Part shown: positions 37,601 through 50,674 of the stretch, piece by piece
Numbering within the stretch: the stretch's first letter is position 1
How the letters are laid out: each line of letters opens with the position of its first letter
Assembly: GCA_905178155.1 (NCBI GenBank)
Contig: CAJINV010000013.1
Location: 1,044,344-1,108,343, forward strand
Reading direction: 5' to 3'
Origin: Amoebophrya sp. A120
Taxonomy: Eukaryota > Protista > Dinoflagellata
DNA length: 64,000 nucleotides
The notes under the pieces: generated by a model
Told to the model about the DNA's origin: nothing
What the model saw: the letters and a program-made list of their open reading frames with translations, nothing else
Database searches by the model: none
Program-made: the position numbers and the translations under genes

Positions 37601-40600
37601 GAGTTACTCTCGTTGTTTGTCATCTGCAACGATTGCTGCTCTTGATCCAATAGGCTCTGTTGCATCGTGATCGTCAAAGACGACGTCAGAGATTGTTTCG
37701 AGGTGCTCGTTACCATCATGTCGGCCGCTCTCGCCTGTTGCAGTTTCATCGACGCGTTGCTCAGCATCCCGTTGCGCGCCGCTTTCGTTGGGGAAGAGAG
37801 TACCAAAGAGCCCCGAGGTCTCGCTGGGCTCAAGGACTTATTGTTCGAAGAATTATCTTGATTTTGTTGACCACTGGAGAATTTTTTCTTCGCCCGCACG
37901 GGCGAGTGCGATGCTCTCTGCTCCTGCTGGTCGTGGAAAAAGTTGTTCCCGGACAATTCAAAACTATCTCCGGCGCCCCGAGGACCCGTTTGCTTCACCA
38001 TATTACTTTCGCCGTGGTGCAGTAAATTGCTCGTCCCAGCAGGAGCCCTATGATTGTTCCCCACATTCTGCATCTGCGCCGCCGCCATCGCCGGCTTCCG
38101 CGGGATCCGGAGTAAAGTGTTAACAAAAGCTCTACGTATCTTCGCCACTTCTTCCCTCGTCAACGCGGTTTCTTGGTTGTCAATAGAAGTGGTTTTGTCG
38201 AAACACTTCTGCAGCAAGCTCGCGACCTTGTCTTCCAACTTTTCGAATAGTTTCCGCCCCTTCAGCTCCTCCTCGTGGTGGAGGATGATTTGCTTGGTCA
38301 AATTCTCAAACCCCTTTTGCAGCGAGCCGTTCCACTTTTTTTTCGGGTTGTGGTCGAGTAGCAGCGAATGCGTCTGGAGGTTATTTCTCTGAAGATTATT
38401 TCTCCTCGTATTTTTCCGCGTGGCCGCCGGGACCGGGCTGGAAGAGCGGGCATTGCGCTCAACATGGATGGAGTTTTTTCCTGCCATGGTATGCTGGTGT
38501 AGTAGTTCCTGCAAGGACGCCCCGTCATTTACAGCATTGTTCGTAAGATTGTGCATTCTGGCCCGAGGGCTGTGTCCCTGCACGTGCATTTTTTCCGCTT
38601 GGCCAGCAGCATCTGGACCACCCAGCGCAGTACTACTAGCCTGTTGGTTTTCCGCCTGCAGGCTCCTTTGCGCGGCCAACCCCAAGTTGTCCTTGTTTCC
38701 CTTTCGCTGGTGCTGCCGATCATTCATTCCCCTGGAACTCGGCAACTCAAGTTGGTCATAGCTGTGCCCTCGCTTGGATGTCAATATGCCTCCTCGCGTC
38801 CGCGGACTCAGCGACAGACTGTTGTTGTTCGAATTCAGATCATCGTCGAACAGGACGGAGTCCAGCGAGACCCTGGGTCCGAGCCAAACGCTGGAATTCG
38901 TGGTCACGTTGAAAACGTCGTCGGCTTGATGCTTTCTAGAAGTACTCTTATGCCTCCTCCTGTTTTTTCTCGCATTTATTTTGCGATCTCCAGCCGCGTG
39001 TTCATCAACGATGTGATCGTCTACTTCATCTTCTTCAAAATCCTCGTCGTGGTCATGATGCGCAACTCCGTGAAGAAGATCGCCGTCGTTATCGTCTCTA
39101 TCCGTGGAGAAGAACAGAGAGTCGTTCTCCAAATTGCTCAGCGAATTTTCCAGAAAAAGGCTATCGGAGATGGACTTCGCGGTGGTCAATGGACCGTTCC
39201 GCCCCCGTGGATTCAGCTTGCCCGGTGGGGAACTTGGCCCGTTTCGCCGGCTGCTGTTCATATTAGTACCCGCCTGCTGTTGCATGGCCAGCATGCGCGG
39301 GGAAACCCCGATCGTGGAGATGGTGCTTGGGTTGGGGTCCAGAATGTTCACTCCCAAAGGCCCCAAAGACAGCTGCGCGAACTCCGCGGCGCGGGGGTCG
39401 GTTTCCCGACCCAGCGTATGGGCCGCTGTGGTCGCTTTGTCCAGCGTGATCTGCTCCCGCTGGTGTTTCGGGATGAATCCATTCGTGGTTCCACGGGTCG
39501 TGCGATTCATCGCCGCGGGCTTGAAATTTGGCTGGTTCGCCACAGAGGATCGCCGGTTGTTGTTTCTCGTGTGGTTACTGTGCGCGTTGTTCGTAGAAGA
39601 CGCTGATGCTCCCTTCGTTGTTGCATTTGTATTAGCTCCAGCACCACCAGCTGCTCCTTTCGAAGTACCGGCCTCCTTCCTGTTCGCATTCACGTGGTGA
39701 TACACCGTCAGCGCCTTGCTCGGATCGATGGAAATCGGCTCGCCATTTGTGTTTTGCATCGTGCTCGAGTCAAAAGTCGTGTTCGTGAACGTATGCTCCA
39801 TGGTGGACAGCGTTGAGTCCACGGACTCGTGGTGTTTTTGGTTTTGGTGGTAACTATCCGTTACCTCTAGCATATTCGAAACGTTTGTCCGCCCCAACAT
39901 CATGGTTGTGTGCATCAACCCGCTCTCCTCATTCTCATTTTCGAAATCTGTCGAGTTGTTGTGGTGGTTGGCGAAGGCAAACGCATCGCTATCCTCGTGG
40001 GAACAATAAAGCGTGCCGCCAGGTTCCAGCTGCAACTCTGCGCTTGCGGTCAGGACAGCCTGGTTCGGTTGGTGTTGCAAGATGTCGCTGCTGCGCAGCG
40101 CATGCTCGCGGTCTTGGTCCTGCTGATGGGAGGACTTGTTTTTCTGGAAAAAGCTCGTGGCGGTCGACAGAGGTGATTTATTGCTGCTACTTGCCTTGAA
40201 GGTGCTTGCTTGATTCTGTTCGGCTTCCTTACTGGTCGTGCGAGCCCCGCGGTGAACTTTGCTGCCAGTGGAAGACGCTCTGTGGTCGAGTAAATTCAAA
40301 TACTTGAACTCATTACTGTGACTATCTCAGAGAACAGTTCGGAAATAAACATGACTTGATTACTGTAGCAAGAACTCGCGAACTGCTAGACCGGAGCTAC
40401 TGGTCGTGTTTACGTCCACGATGAACCAGTCAGAGATTGCTCTAGAAACTTCTAGAAGGCTACGAATTTTCCTCACATCAAAACTAAACAAGTACTTTCC
40501 CAAACTCGTGTTTGTGTTCCTGAACTGGTCTTCTCCACCATCCTTATTGCTCGCCAGAGCCGCTCCTTCCACCCCTTGCGGCGATTTCTGGTCCACCTCC

Positions 40601-41457
40601 GGAAACGCGTTCGTGTCCCGACAAAGGAACGTGTAGTCCCCGGACTCGGGTTCGAATTGGTAATCTAACCTCTCCGAATCCGTGCTGTTTGGTGAGTGCG
40701 GCGGCTGCACGATTTCATTCGACATCCCCGTGGTTGACGCAGCGCCGTGGAGGTACAACGAACCATGATCAAGGAAATTATTCTTCACAAACACCAAGTC
40801 GTCCGTCGTTTTCTGCAGCTTGTGCTTCAGCATCCGCCCAGCCCCAGCCAGGTGCGCTTTCGCGGCGGCGCTCGAAGAAGATGTCGACATCATCCCCTGG
40901 CTCTTAGAAGTACTTTTGCTGCCGCCCATCAGCATTTGTGACCTGGGTGCCCCGGAAAGGCCAGGCTGGTAAAAGGGATTCCGGCTCGACGTGGGAATCA
41001 GCTGCGTGGTCGCGGTTTTGTTAGATGCAGATGAAATCCCTCCTGGTGCGGGGGTGCGACTAGAGGCGCCGGAGAATGGTCCAGTAGTAGTTGCAGCCGC
41101 GCCTCCAGCAGCCGTGGGGGGTCCACCGCCTGCCCCGCCGACGAAAACCTGTGTGTGCGAGTGCTTGGAGGTCGAAAGAACCACTTTGCTGGCGTTGACC
41201 CCGGTCACTCCCAGCGGCCCATTGGAGGCAACATTGAGTGCAAAGCCTCTGTCTACTGGTAGCAAATCTGCGCTGCTTGAAGCTGATGTTCCATCGAGCG
41301 CAGATGCGTGGTCTTTGCCAATAACATTGTTCGCCTGCTGGTGACTCGCGTTGTTTTTCGCTTTGTGCAAAAGGTTCCGTCGCAGTTGCGAACTTTTCAG
41401 CTTCTCCCGCTTCGCCTCTTTCGGGAGCAGGTCGTCCTCACTTTCAGATGAATTCAT
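28627..41457 (-). CDS. Giant low-complexity (S/N/Q/T-rich) hypothetical protein, about 4,127 aa
   Basis: Exons 41457-40496, 40315-33180 and 32912-28627 total 12,384 nt in frame, using a GT-AG intron (40495-40316) and one TIR intron. No recognisable domain. Confidence 0.75.
32918..33179. mobile_element. TIR intron element, family A
   Basis: TATCAAATGCAAAAATGTCTGGGTCTGGAA with an inverted copy. Perfect GCGTG TSD. Removal gives GTTNTLQNYDDDWARVSAAVG. Confidence 0.95.
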
Positions 41458-42763
41458 TTTGATGTTGCTGCTTACTATACTCGTTCAAATGAAGTACAAG
41501 TCAATTGATCTTGCTGTAATTGATGCGTAGCAAGTTGTGAAGGCTCATTGATAAAATGGTCGATATCGATAAGAAATCTCGTATACCAAATAAGAATATT
41601 GCTGTCTTGAGGTAGGATGGAATTGGAACAGCTTTACGGTACGCAAGACAATGACACACTAGAAGGAAAGCTCAGAATACGGTGGCCACTCCCGCCACAG
41701 AAAAAAAAACGAGCATCAACACTGCGGACGAATGCATGAGACTGACAATGATGTTGAAGGTGCGGGGAAAGTCCGTTTCCGATCGACGTAACGCATGAAA
41801 ACAGAATGAGAATCACGACCACGAGAAAGCGATACAAGTGAAACGAAGGGCGCTGGCTACTGCAACGACTTCTGTCATTCTAAATCGTTGCACACGAACT
41901 TCAGACCACCACGAAAATGGAGCTTAAGGTAGTTGCCACGGCGACGATTAGAGTTAGAAACAGCACTAAAGTGTAGGAATTCTATTTTTGACGTTTTCTA
42001 TTCATTACGATCAGATGATCAGATGATCACGAAACAGAAAAAGCTTGTACTAGCTGAATACTGACATGATTGCCCTCACCATCATCAACATCAAGGAAGA
42101 TAGTTTCACATTTACACACCACGACGATCCATCCACGAAGTTCTGTTTTTTCCAGGACGCTCCTGTACGCGAGTTGCAGAAAAGCTGCCGGCGCACCGGA
42201 GTGAAAGTTCTTGACACCATTTTGATTTTGTTTTCTGTTTGTAGAAGCATCAACTCTGTGCTGGGTTTGTGTTGTTGAGGTCCTTATATTTTCGCTGTAG
42301 TTCTTGTTCACCTGGATTCGGATTCCGATGGATTGGTACGAAAACGAATGCAAAAACCCGGATACTCTTCTTGAACCGTCGCACTGTAGAAGTTTGCTCA
42401 AAGAGTTCTCGCGGGCACGGAAAAGGTGTATTCTCAAGCAAAAATTGTAAAAACCGCATGAAATTCTTCTAGCCAAGTAATATTTTTCTACCAGCCAACT
42501 TACTGCAGTGCATCGAAAAGAGGCACGATGTTGTATGCCCTGAAAAAGTTTCATAATGTCGCCAAGTTTGAACTAAGTCTAAGTACTGCAAAAACGTGTG
42601 AATGCCAAAAAGTAATGTCGTCAAGTTCGAGTTCGTTGAGTTTCTCTGTTTCATCCGATTTCATCATGTATACAGCCAAATTGCAGCTGCTTTGTCAAAT
42701 TCTGACGTTGTCGTTGCCGCGAATGACAGCGCCCAAAATTTTGACATCGTCTCGACACCTCGT

Positions 42764-45700
42764 TCATTGCTTTTGCCCACCACGGCGACCCTCTTCCCTG
42801 CTCTTCTCATCCTCCTCCTTCTGAATTTGCTCCGGCGTTTTGCCTCGTCGCCTATAACAGTGCACAACTCCCCCTCCCCCTCATTTGTGTAGCATGAACG
42901 GCAATACAAGCATCAGCAAGAGTGCCGGTTTTGCATGACAAATTTGCACTGAATTATACATAGTGCTATTCGGGCTACCAGAACTTGTCATGCAAACAGT
43001 GCCACGATGCAAAGGGTGGATTGGGTATTTTGCATGACAAATGAGGGGGAGGGGGAGTTGTGCGCTGTCATATCGCCGTTGCTTCGTGTTGAAGTACTGC
43101 ACCGCCCGGACGAAGTCGTCCGCGTGGTAATCGGGAAAGTACTATGCATTGCAAATATGTCTGGGTCTGGAAGGTTGCAACTTGTGATGCAAATTTCACA
43201 CAACACAAAGATCTGTGATGCATGAACAGCAAATGCGGCCCAAAACTTGGCCCAAAAACAGCGAATCTGTCATGTGGATCAGGCATGGGGATACCTTCTC
43301 AAGACGTGTGATGCTATGGCTTGCATGCCAGACCTCCTAGATCATGCAAGAGCAGCATGGCAAATATCTGGACCCATCCAGACCCAGACATATTTGCATT
43401 TGATAAGTACTTGGACTCGAACAGAATCTCGGCGTAGCGCAACTGTGGTAGACAAAACTCGGACAGCCGCTGCTGGTCGCCGGTTCTGTTGTAATCAAGT
43501 GCGTGCGATAATTAAGCTCGCATTCTTATTTCTCGAGCGCATTAGTTAGCACCAAAACTGTCTTTCGACCAGTGCACAGCAGGTGGCGCAAAGCAGTTCT
43601 ACCTGTGCCTGCTTGTGCTTCTTCGATTATGTTTATGACCTCACTACAAACTACATCATGATAAAAACCAACCTCTCCAAAAAAAAATACCTGACGAGGA
43701 GATCAATCTCTGAGTCGATGCCCATGAAGGACATCAACTTTTCGAAGTCCCAATCCAAAAATTCTGCATTTTTCTTTATCAGGTGGTCCTGGTGCATGCG
43801 CTTCATCGCCTCCTGGAGTTCCCAGCTCGAACTGTACGAGAGCAAAATGTTCAGCCGCATTTTCTTGTGCTTCCGCGTGCTGGTGTGGATCTCCTGAATC
43901 AGAGCCCGAAATTTCTGCCGCTCCTCGGTGGAAAGCTGGTAGACGAGATCGGGTTTTTTGTTATCAACATCGTGGTTAACCTGCTTCTTCGTCTCGTTTG
44001 AAGATCTTCCATCCGCTGCTGGTGCTCCCGCTGCGCTCTGCTCGCTTTTTTGTCGCTGGAATTCCGCGTTTTGCATCACTTGCTCCGTTGTCAACTGCCG
44101 CTGCTGATCCGCTTGCGCAAGCGAGTCAATCGACTGGCCGGAGGAGGACTTGGACCTGACTCCGGATAATTCTGTGTTGAGTTGTAGTCCCGCAGCAGTT
44201 GCAGTGGACGGCGCACCTGCATCTTTATTCCCACTCGACGTCCCAGTGACTTGCCTTTCCGGCGTGGGGCTCCCTCCTGCTTCCGCCTGCTGCTCTATCA
44301 AAAGGAAAAATCCCCCCTCCCCATATCAAAACGAGATTTCTGATGCTGGATTTGGGTACACAAATCAAATTTGTGTTGCAGTAGAGGAATGCACAGCACA
44401 GATCCTGAGCCTGGGCGGGGGCCATTTGGTGTAGGCGCCTAGCATGGTAAACGGCTATCCTGTAGGCCTTACAGCGTTACAAATCGCCTGCATAGCGTGC
44501 CGGACAACCTGAGCGCGCCTTCTTGCAAGACAGACCCCATTTGTGGTCACAAATCACCAGCACAAATTTTCGGAAACATACCTTTTCGATATGGGAAGGG
44601 GGGATTTTTCCTTTTGATATGCTCGCCCCGAATGTCTTCCTTGATGGAACTGGCGTTCGACGCCCTGCCGGGGGAATGATACCGGAAAAACCCACCGTGC
44701 ACGGGTGTCGGGGTGCTCACGGCACTGAAGTTGGGGAGCTGCTGTTGATCATGCCCTTGTGGTCTACAACTGCTCCCTTGGCCGCCTATAATCAACGACG
44801 AGTTGTCTCCACCGCCTGCAGGTCCCGTGGCAAGGGGCCCTCCCAATGCAGCGGTGCTCATTGCAGACAGTTGCAACGGCTGCGGCCGCAGGAGAGGGAA
44901 GGCGGCTTTCTGCTGCAGCAACCTGGTCATAGAAGACGTTGGCGAAGCAGAGGATAGTGGTGCTGGTGCCCCACCACAAACTCCTCCTGCTGCAGAAGAG
45001 ACCACAGGCTGCATGGTCGTGGCTGATCCAGTTGTACTAGAGGCTCCTCCTGTCGCGGTACAACTACTTTGCAGCTGCCCTCGTAGTTGCTGTCCACCGG
45101 CCGCGCCCAGGAGGTTCATCTGATTCATCTTCGCGCACAGCGCCTCGTGCTGTTGCGCTTGAAATTCTTCTTTCGCTTGCGAGTTCCATACCACGTTGCA
45201 CCAGGAGGGGGATATCGACCCCGCCTGAATTTGCTGGAACGAACTACTCACCCCGGAGAAGAGCGAGCCGCCGGATTCCGAGGGTTGCTTCAGCGTGACC
45301 GACGAAATGGTCGAGGCCAGTGTATCCGGCGAATCGCTCCGCTGGGGCAGGACGCCTGTGGGCGGCACCGGGAGAAAGCTCTGGGCCGCCTGGTCCGCCG
45401 CAATCGGACCGGCGGTAGGTGGAGTGAAGGGTTTATGCAAGTAGAGAAAAACTGTGTTAGTCTGATGAAGAAATAACAGATGCGCGGCCCTTTACGTTTA
45501 TTTCACACTTGTCACGCCGGATGGTGATCTTGGTACCGTCAGAGCGGCTTTCCATGGTTTTAACAAGGGACTCCGCGTACTTCTAGTGGCGCACGTTATC
45601 ATGCTGCTCATCGAAAAATGTACTTATTTTTACACCAAACACAGACTAAACTAAAACTTTTTTTTTGAATAGGGAGGTGCGCTGCTCTGCTGCTCCAAAG

Positions 45701-47903
45701 CATTTCCTTGGACCACTACACCTGTATTAGTACTACGCTGCCCGTCTTCCCGCTGATGGTCACCACCTTGTCCCTCGACCATAACTCCGTCCTGCTCCTC
45801 CTCCTCGTCTTCTCGTGGCGAGTTCCTGCGAGAGCTCAAGTTGCTGCCATCACTTACCGGGGTGGGTAGGTGCTCGGAGGAACTGGTATCCAACACGTGC
45901 GGCTGTCCTTCCTCGGCATTATTTCCGGGCGGTTTGCCGAAGCCCTTTCCCTGTGAAGATCCACGGCGCGCGGACGACTTCGAGGTTGTGTCCGACACAA
46001 CCTCGAAGTCGTCGAAAGGGGGCGAAAGATCGCCGATCACGCGAAGCTGAATTTCGTTGTCTTTCAGCTGTTTTCGGAGCTCCGGATCGGTCAAAAAGTT
46101 CGTGAACCTAGCCATTAAGTGCTGCACTTCGTCCTTAGGCCGCTTCCAATTGTCCGAACCTTGAGGACGTAGAAAAAAAGTCAAGTCATGTTATCAAGGA
46201 GCTTTTCCACAGATGCATGGAACAAATAAGAACAAATTAGAAAACCAGCACGCCTCGTATCTTAAATTTTTGTGGTTCAAAAACCTTAAGCTCCGAACAG
46301 GTCACTTATGAAAAATGAGAAAGTAATTGAAAAAATTGTATACTGAAAGCGTATAGCGTCAGTTGCGGAATGCCAATTTTCGCCGCCGTTTCGATCAACT
46401 CGCGGACATTTTTCTCCGCCTCACTGTGCCCCGCAGATCGGTGGAACCCCCTTGAAGACGCCCAGCGCCCGTTCCCGTCCATCACTACACCCACGTGGTT
46501 GGGGAGCTCAAGTGGACCGCGTTTTGCCAGAGGTTTCTTCTCCGTATCCAGCTCGTGGGTGACTGTCGGGTAAAACGCGAGCAGCTGGTCTAGCGTAAGC
46601 GGCTTGGTAAAAACCGTCCCACCCGTCGAGGAGGCTTGTTCCGCAGTTTTCATATTCACTTTGGTCAGGAAACTTGACGCTGGACTGTTGCTTTCTGCAG
46701 CCTGTCCGCTCGACGTCGTGGCTCGGTCAACATTCAATGAGTGATTGTTCCACCAGAAATTTTTGCACTTGAAAAAAAAATCCTCCGGCGTAGTTGCCGC
46801 TTCAGTAGCGGAGGCTGACGTCGTCATCTTCGTGCTGGTGCCCATCAGGCTAGTACCACTCAAAAGAGGATGCGCTGCCCGCGCCCAAATCGAGGTTGGA
46901 AGCAGAGAGGAGTAGTAGATTGGCGCACCACCTCCAGCAGGTTCTTTATTTTGTGAAGATCCGGCTACAACTACTTCCCGCTGCATTTCCGCCTCATACT
47001 GCTGCTTCCGCAGGGTCAACGCCTCCTCGAAAGTGGGGATCTGGAACGACGGGGGAGCGAAGTTGACATTGACGGCGGGGGTAGAGACCAAATGCATGCC
47101 GCGCTCAAAATTAGTGAGCGACCAGAAGGGCGCTGCATTCAAATTCATTGGCGTCGTGCTGCTGCTGGCCGCTTCTTCGCATGAGAGAACCGCAGGTCCG
47201 TTGAGTTTATCGACTCTTGTTCCTGCTCTACCAGTAGATGACGGCGTTGCTGAATTTTTGCAACTACTAGCCAATGACCCGGACTGCTGGCCACTAGGGA
47301 GGACGGAAGAGGAACTAGTACTGCTCTCTCGACGAGCGACATCGTCCTCCACTTGGGTCACCTCCTGCTCCAGGGGGAACGACACCGTCTTCGCATATCG
47401 TGAGGAAAAATCCCCCCTCTCCACATCAAAAAGGGATACTTCTGAAAATTTGCGATGCTGATTTGTGGCCACAAATCGTCTCTGTATTGCAAGAAGGCCA
47501 AGCCAGAGACTCCGCCGCATTTTGCAGGCGGTTTCTGATGCTATGGGGCCTACAGAGTACACATTTGCCATGCTACGCGCCTACGTCAAAACCCTTCTAC
47601 TTAGGCTTGGTATGGGCCTGCAGTCCTCTACTGCAAGACAGACCCGATTTGTGTACCCAAATCCAGCATCAGAGACTTCCTTTTGATATGGGGAGGGGGG
47701 ATTTTTCCTTGTGATATCGCAACCGCCGTTTTCTGGTGCTCAAAGAGCTTGGCTCGGCCAATCGTCGACGCAATCGTGGAGGCAATAGCGGTGCTGCTCA
47801 CCAAGAGGAGGTGACAAAGTGGCTGCACCCATTTTTTCGGTACAGGGAGAGGAGATCTCGAGAGACGAGTTCTGGTAGAAGACACGGGGCCGCAATTCGT
47901 CAT
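42764..47903 (-). CDS. cis-prenyltransferase (UPPS/DHDDS family), about 1,119 aa, eight exons
   Basis: Motifs PNHVGVVMDGNGRWA, GH, YAFSSDNWKRP, RVIGD, LNILLSYS, DLLVRTGDQQRLSEF, YAEILF, FPDY and QRRRG are assembled from exons 47903-47717, 47390-46344, 46159-45672, 45428-44620, 44290-43691, 43485-43406, 43137-43073 and 42847-42764 (3,360 nt). Confidence 0.9.
42853..43072. mobile_element. TIR intron element, family C
   Basis: TATAACAGTGCACAACTCCCCCTCCCCCTCATTTGT with an inverted copy. Perfect TCGCC TSD. Removal restores the C-terminal RRRG motif. Confidence 0.95.
43143..43405. mobile_element. TIR intron element, family A
   Basis: TATGCATTGCAAATATGTCTGGGTCTGGA with an inverted copy. Perfect AGTAC TSD. 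Removal gives ESKYFPDY. Confidence 0.95.
44296..44619. mobile_element. TIR intron element, family B
   Basis: TATCAAAAGGAAAAATCCCCCCT with an inverted copy. Perfect TGCTC TSD. Removal gives IRGEQQAEAG. Confidence 0.95.
45434..45671. mobile_element. Probable aged TIR intron element
   Basis: TATGCAA...TTGAATA ends, flanks GGGTT/GGGAG. Removing 243 nt gives SAPP|FTPP. An alternative GT-AG intron (about 45721-45452) also keeps frame. Confidence 0.55.
45973..46013. repeat. Perfect 41-bp palindrome inside coding sequence
   Basis: GACGACTTCGAGGTTGTGTC-C-GACACAACCTCGAAGTCGTC. Confidence 0.95.
47396..47716. mobile_element. TIR intron element, family B (opposite orientation to 44296-44619)
   Basis: TATCGTGAGGAAAAATCCCCC...GGGGGATTTTTCCTTGTGATA. 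Perfect TCGCA TSD. Removal gives TAVAKTVSFP. Confidence 0.93.
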
Positions 47904-48446
47904 TTTCAGTGATTGATGTGAATGGCAGTCGTGTTTTTCTCAATCGGTGTCAACGTAGCTGCGTCAGGATGGAAACAGCAGGTGGAAAAAAATGATTTGT
48001 CTCACAGCATGGTCTACTTACGCAGAAGGTGAAGCACAAAAACATACAGCGGATAGCAACCAAATTAAGACAACATCGGCGCATTGGCAAGGCACAATGG
48101 GAGCAATAAAACTATCCATCATGATACGTATTCAATTTTTTTGCAGCTGTTGATCTTTACGCAGAGCAAGACAATAAAGCAATTATGCTCTTTGTGCATA
48201 CTTTGATCAGGATCGAGATCCACAACCGCCCTGATACCATCGTAACACAATCACAACGAACTAAACCAAAGCAATTGCCCGCTGCAGGAGAAAAAACAAA
48301 AAGAAACGCGGCGTAGGCGTTTGGACTACTTAATAAAAAAAATTCGACCAGCATGAATGTTGCTCCTCGCTCAACCTGAACGTGAACACGATACAACAGG
48401 CTCGAATTTCATAAATCTACTTCTTCATCAAAACTAGATCGGAATG

Positions 48447-49672
48447 CTACCTTCGACCACGACTTGCGGTTTTTTCATTATCAGGAAAAACTTCTTGTTC
48501 AGACGCGTGCACAACCACGGCTGAAGATGTTCTGGAAGCATTTTTCGTGTTGCGTCCTGGAGTCGCTTTGTTCCGGAGTGAAGTCCGTTTATTGACGCGA
48601 CCTCCTGATGCACCTACAACCTCTAAATCCTGTTGGAAAAACAGCTGATTTGGCGAAAAAATCTCAAGAACTTCTTGTGCGGAAGAAGTTTTTCTTTCCA
48701 TCTCCTGCTGCAGCTCCCCCGCCGCTCTAATTTTTGCAGCTGGCATCCCGTAATTGCCTTGTCGTACAGACGGCACAAATATCTCTCCTGTTCCTTGTGT
48801 GCCCGTAGTTGGTCCACGAACGACTTGGCGCCCAGGCGCATGATACGGAAAAAGGCTAGCATAGTAACAGCATATTATTCATTATAATATTGGAAATGCA
48901 AAAATAGTAGAAAAATCTGTCTACACTATGCAAGACAGACTTTAGTATTTCATCTGCGCGCTTATTTCTGCATAAACAGATTACACATGTGATTGTAATG
49001 GGGTAAGTAGTAATAGCTTTTTCCTGTGCGATAATGCGTCGACCGTGTCGGATTCGGTCGGGAGCGTGGGGGTACCGGTGCGCTGTGCGTCCCGGCACGG
49101 CCGAGCCGTAAAAATCTCGTCGTACTGTCGTCCTGATCCGCGAAGAAGCTCACGCCGGCGTCTTCCTGCGTGGCGAGCAGCGACGCGAGAGACCCACCAA
49201 GCGGGTCAACAAATGAGCCGGTGAGGCTTAGCTCGTTTGCGGTGTGGATTGAACCAACTGCTTCGTGCTGTGATGTGGGATTCTTATTGTGCTCGATAGC
49301 TCCTGCGCCGGATGTTGACAGCGCACCAAGAAAACTGGCAGCAGATTGCTCCTCGTGCGCGGCCCGGAAATTCTTCAGCGCGAGCATGTAACGCATATCA
49401 TCGGACGTATACCTGGTTGCGTGAGAAAGGCTAGAATCTGAGGCCGGGCCGAAGACGCCGCTTGTGCGATCCGCTGCAGACGTTGCTGGTGAATTTATTT
49501 TCGTCCCGATCACGTTGACGGAAGTCCACAGGGTGGTGCCATCGTTTTGATGGTCTGCATCACCCGCCGCAGCTACGTCACCCACGAGATCGCATGGGCC
49601 ATTTATTTTTGTGCAGCTCTGCTGGTAGCCACGGGCGTCCTCCAAACACTTGCCTGTTAGCAAGGCGCCCAT
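48447..49672 (-). CDS. Hypothetical protein (ends uncertain), split by one TIR intron
   Basis: ORFs 48962-49672 and 48447-48776 join in frame (RSTH|GRQVVRG) when 48834-49033 is removed. Confidence 0.6.
48839..49033. mobile_element. Aged TIR intron element, family D
   Basis: CATGATACGGAAAAAGGCTA vs TATCGCACAGGAAAAAGCTA. Flanks AGGCG/ATGCG. Termini resemble 52928-53119. Confidence 0.75.
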
Positions 49673-50674
49673 GTGTTTGGTCTCGTGTCCTGGCCGCTGG
49701 CTGGGTGGTGCCCTCTTTAAAGCACAAGTAGCAGAAACAGACTTTATTTCCTTTACCTATTGTGACCACTGCGTGGGAACAGAACGCACACTAGTAGGTC
49801 ACTCTCCAAACCAAAAAAAAATCACTGAAGAGCGTGCATGATATCGGAGAGCTACCGGCAGGACGTCCGTGCGGCTGCGGCCTTCTACTAAAAAATCAAT
49901 AAAAAGAGAGAAAGTCATATTTCAATCGTAGGAGTGCGTAACAGAAGCAATTATCTAAAGAGTAAGTATGTCTCTTCTATTGAATAGATTATTGTCTGCT
50001 AGCTGAAACTACTTTTACCACACGTACACTCCTGATCCTGCTGATGCTTTATGTGTAACTAATGGTATCTTGTGCCTCGCGCCACCCTTCTCTCCACAGG
50101 CACAGACGTACGAACGATCTCTGACGTTAAACCTGATAGTACTGCGGCGAGCCAAACCTCGAGCGTCCTCTGTCGAACCGGAAGCATATGGCCTCTCTTA
50201 CCTCACTCTTAACATGACAACAACAAATTGCCGTGTACTAGAAGATCGATATCCAGACATGATTATGATATTTGCATTATGCATATGCGACGAAAACAAG
50301 CGACGCGACCCAAGCGATGCAGACCGATCTGGGAAGTTCGGTCTAGCCGGTTAGAAGCATCAATATTTATGAAGATGATCGCACACGCGTTTAATACGAA
50401 GCGAAAACTTAAAACATAATGCCACAGAGGCCTCGGAAAGCACGCTGCCGCCCCCTCTGGCAAGACAGAGCAAAGCTGATTTGTATGCACAAAGAAATCA
50501 GCGGCAGCAGCATGATCGATCCATGTTGTTGAGTAGAAATGTCTACTGTAGTACCTTGGCAGTCTGTGAAGGAAAGATTTTTTTTTCATGCTTACAAAAA
50601 AATATGTCCGTCAAAGATGATTTTCTCACTCCGCCTAGGAACAGGTGGACACAAAGCAGCCGATTTCATTTCTC

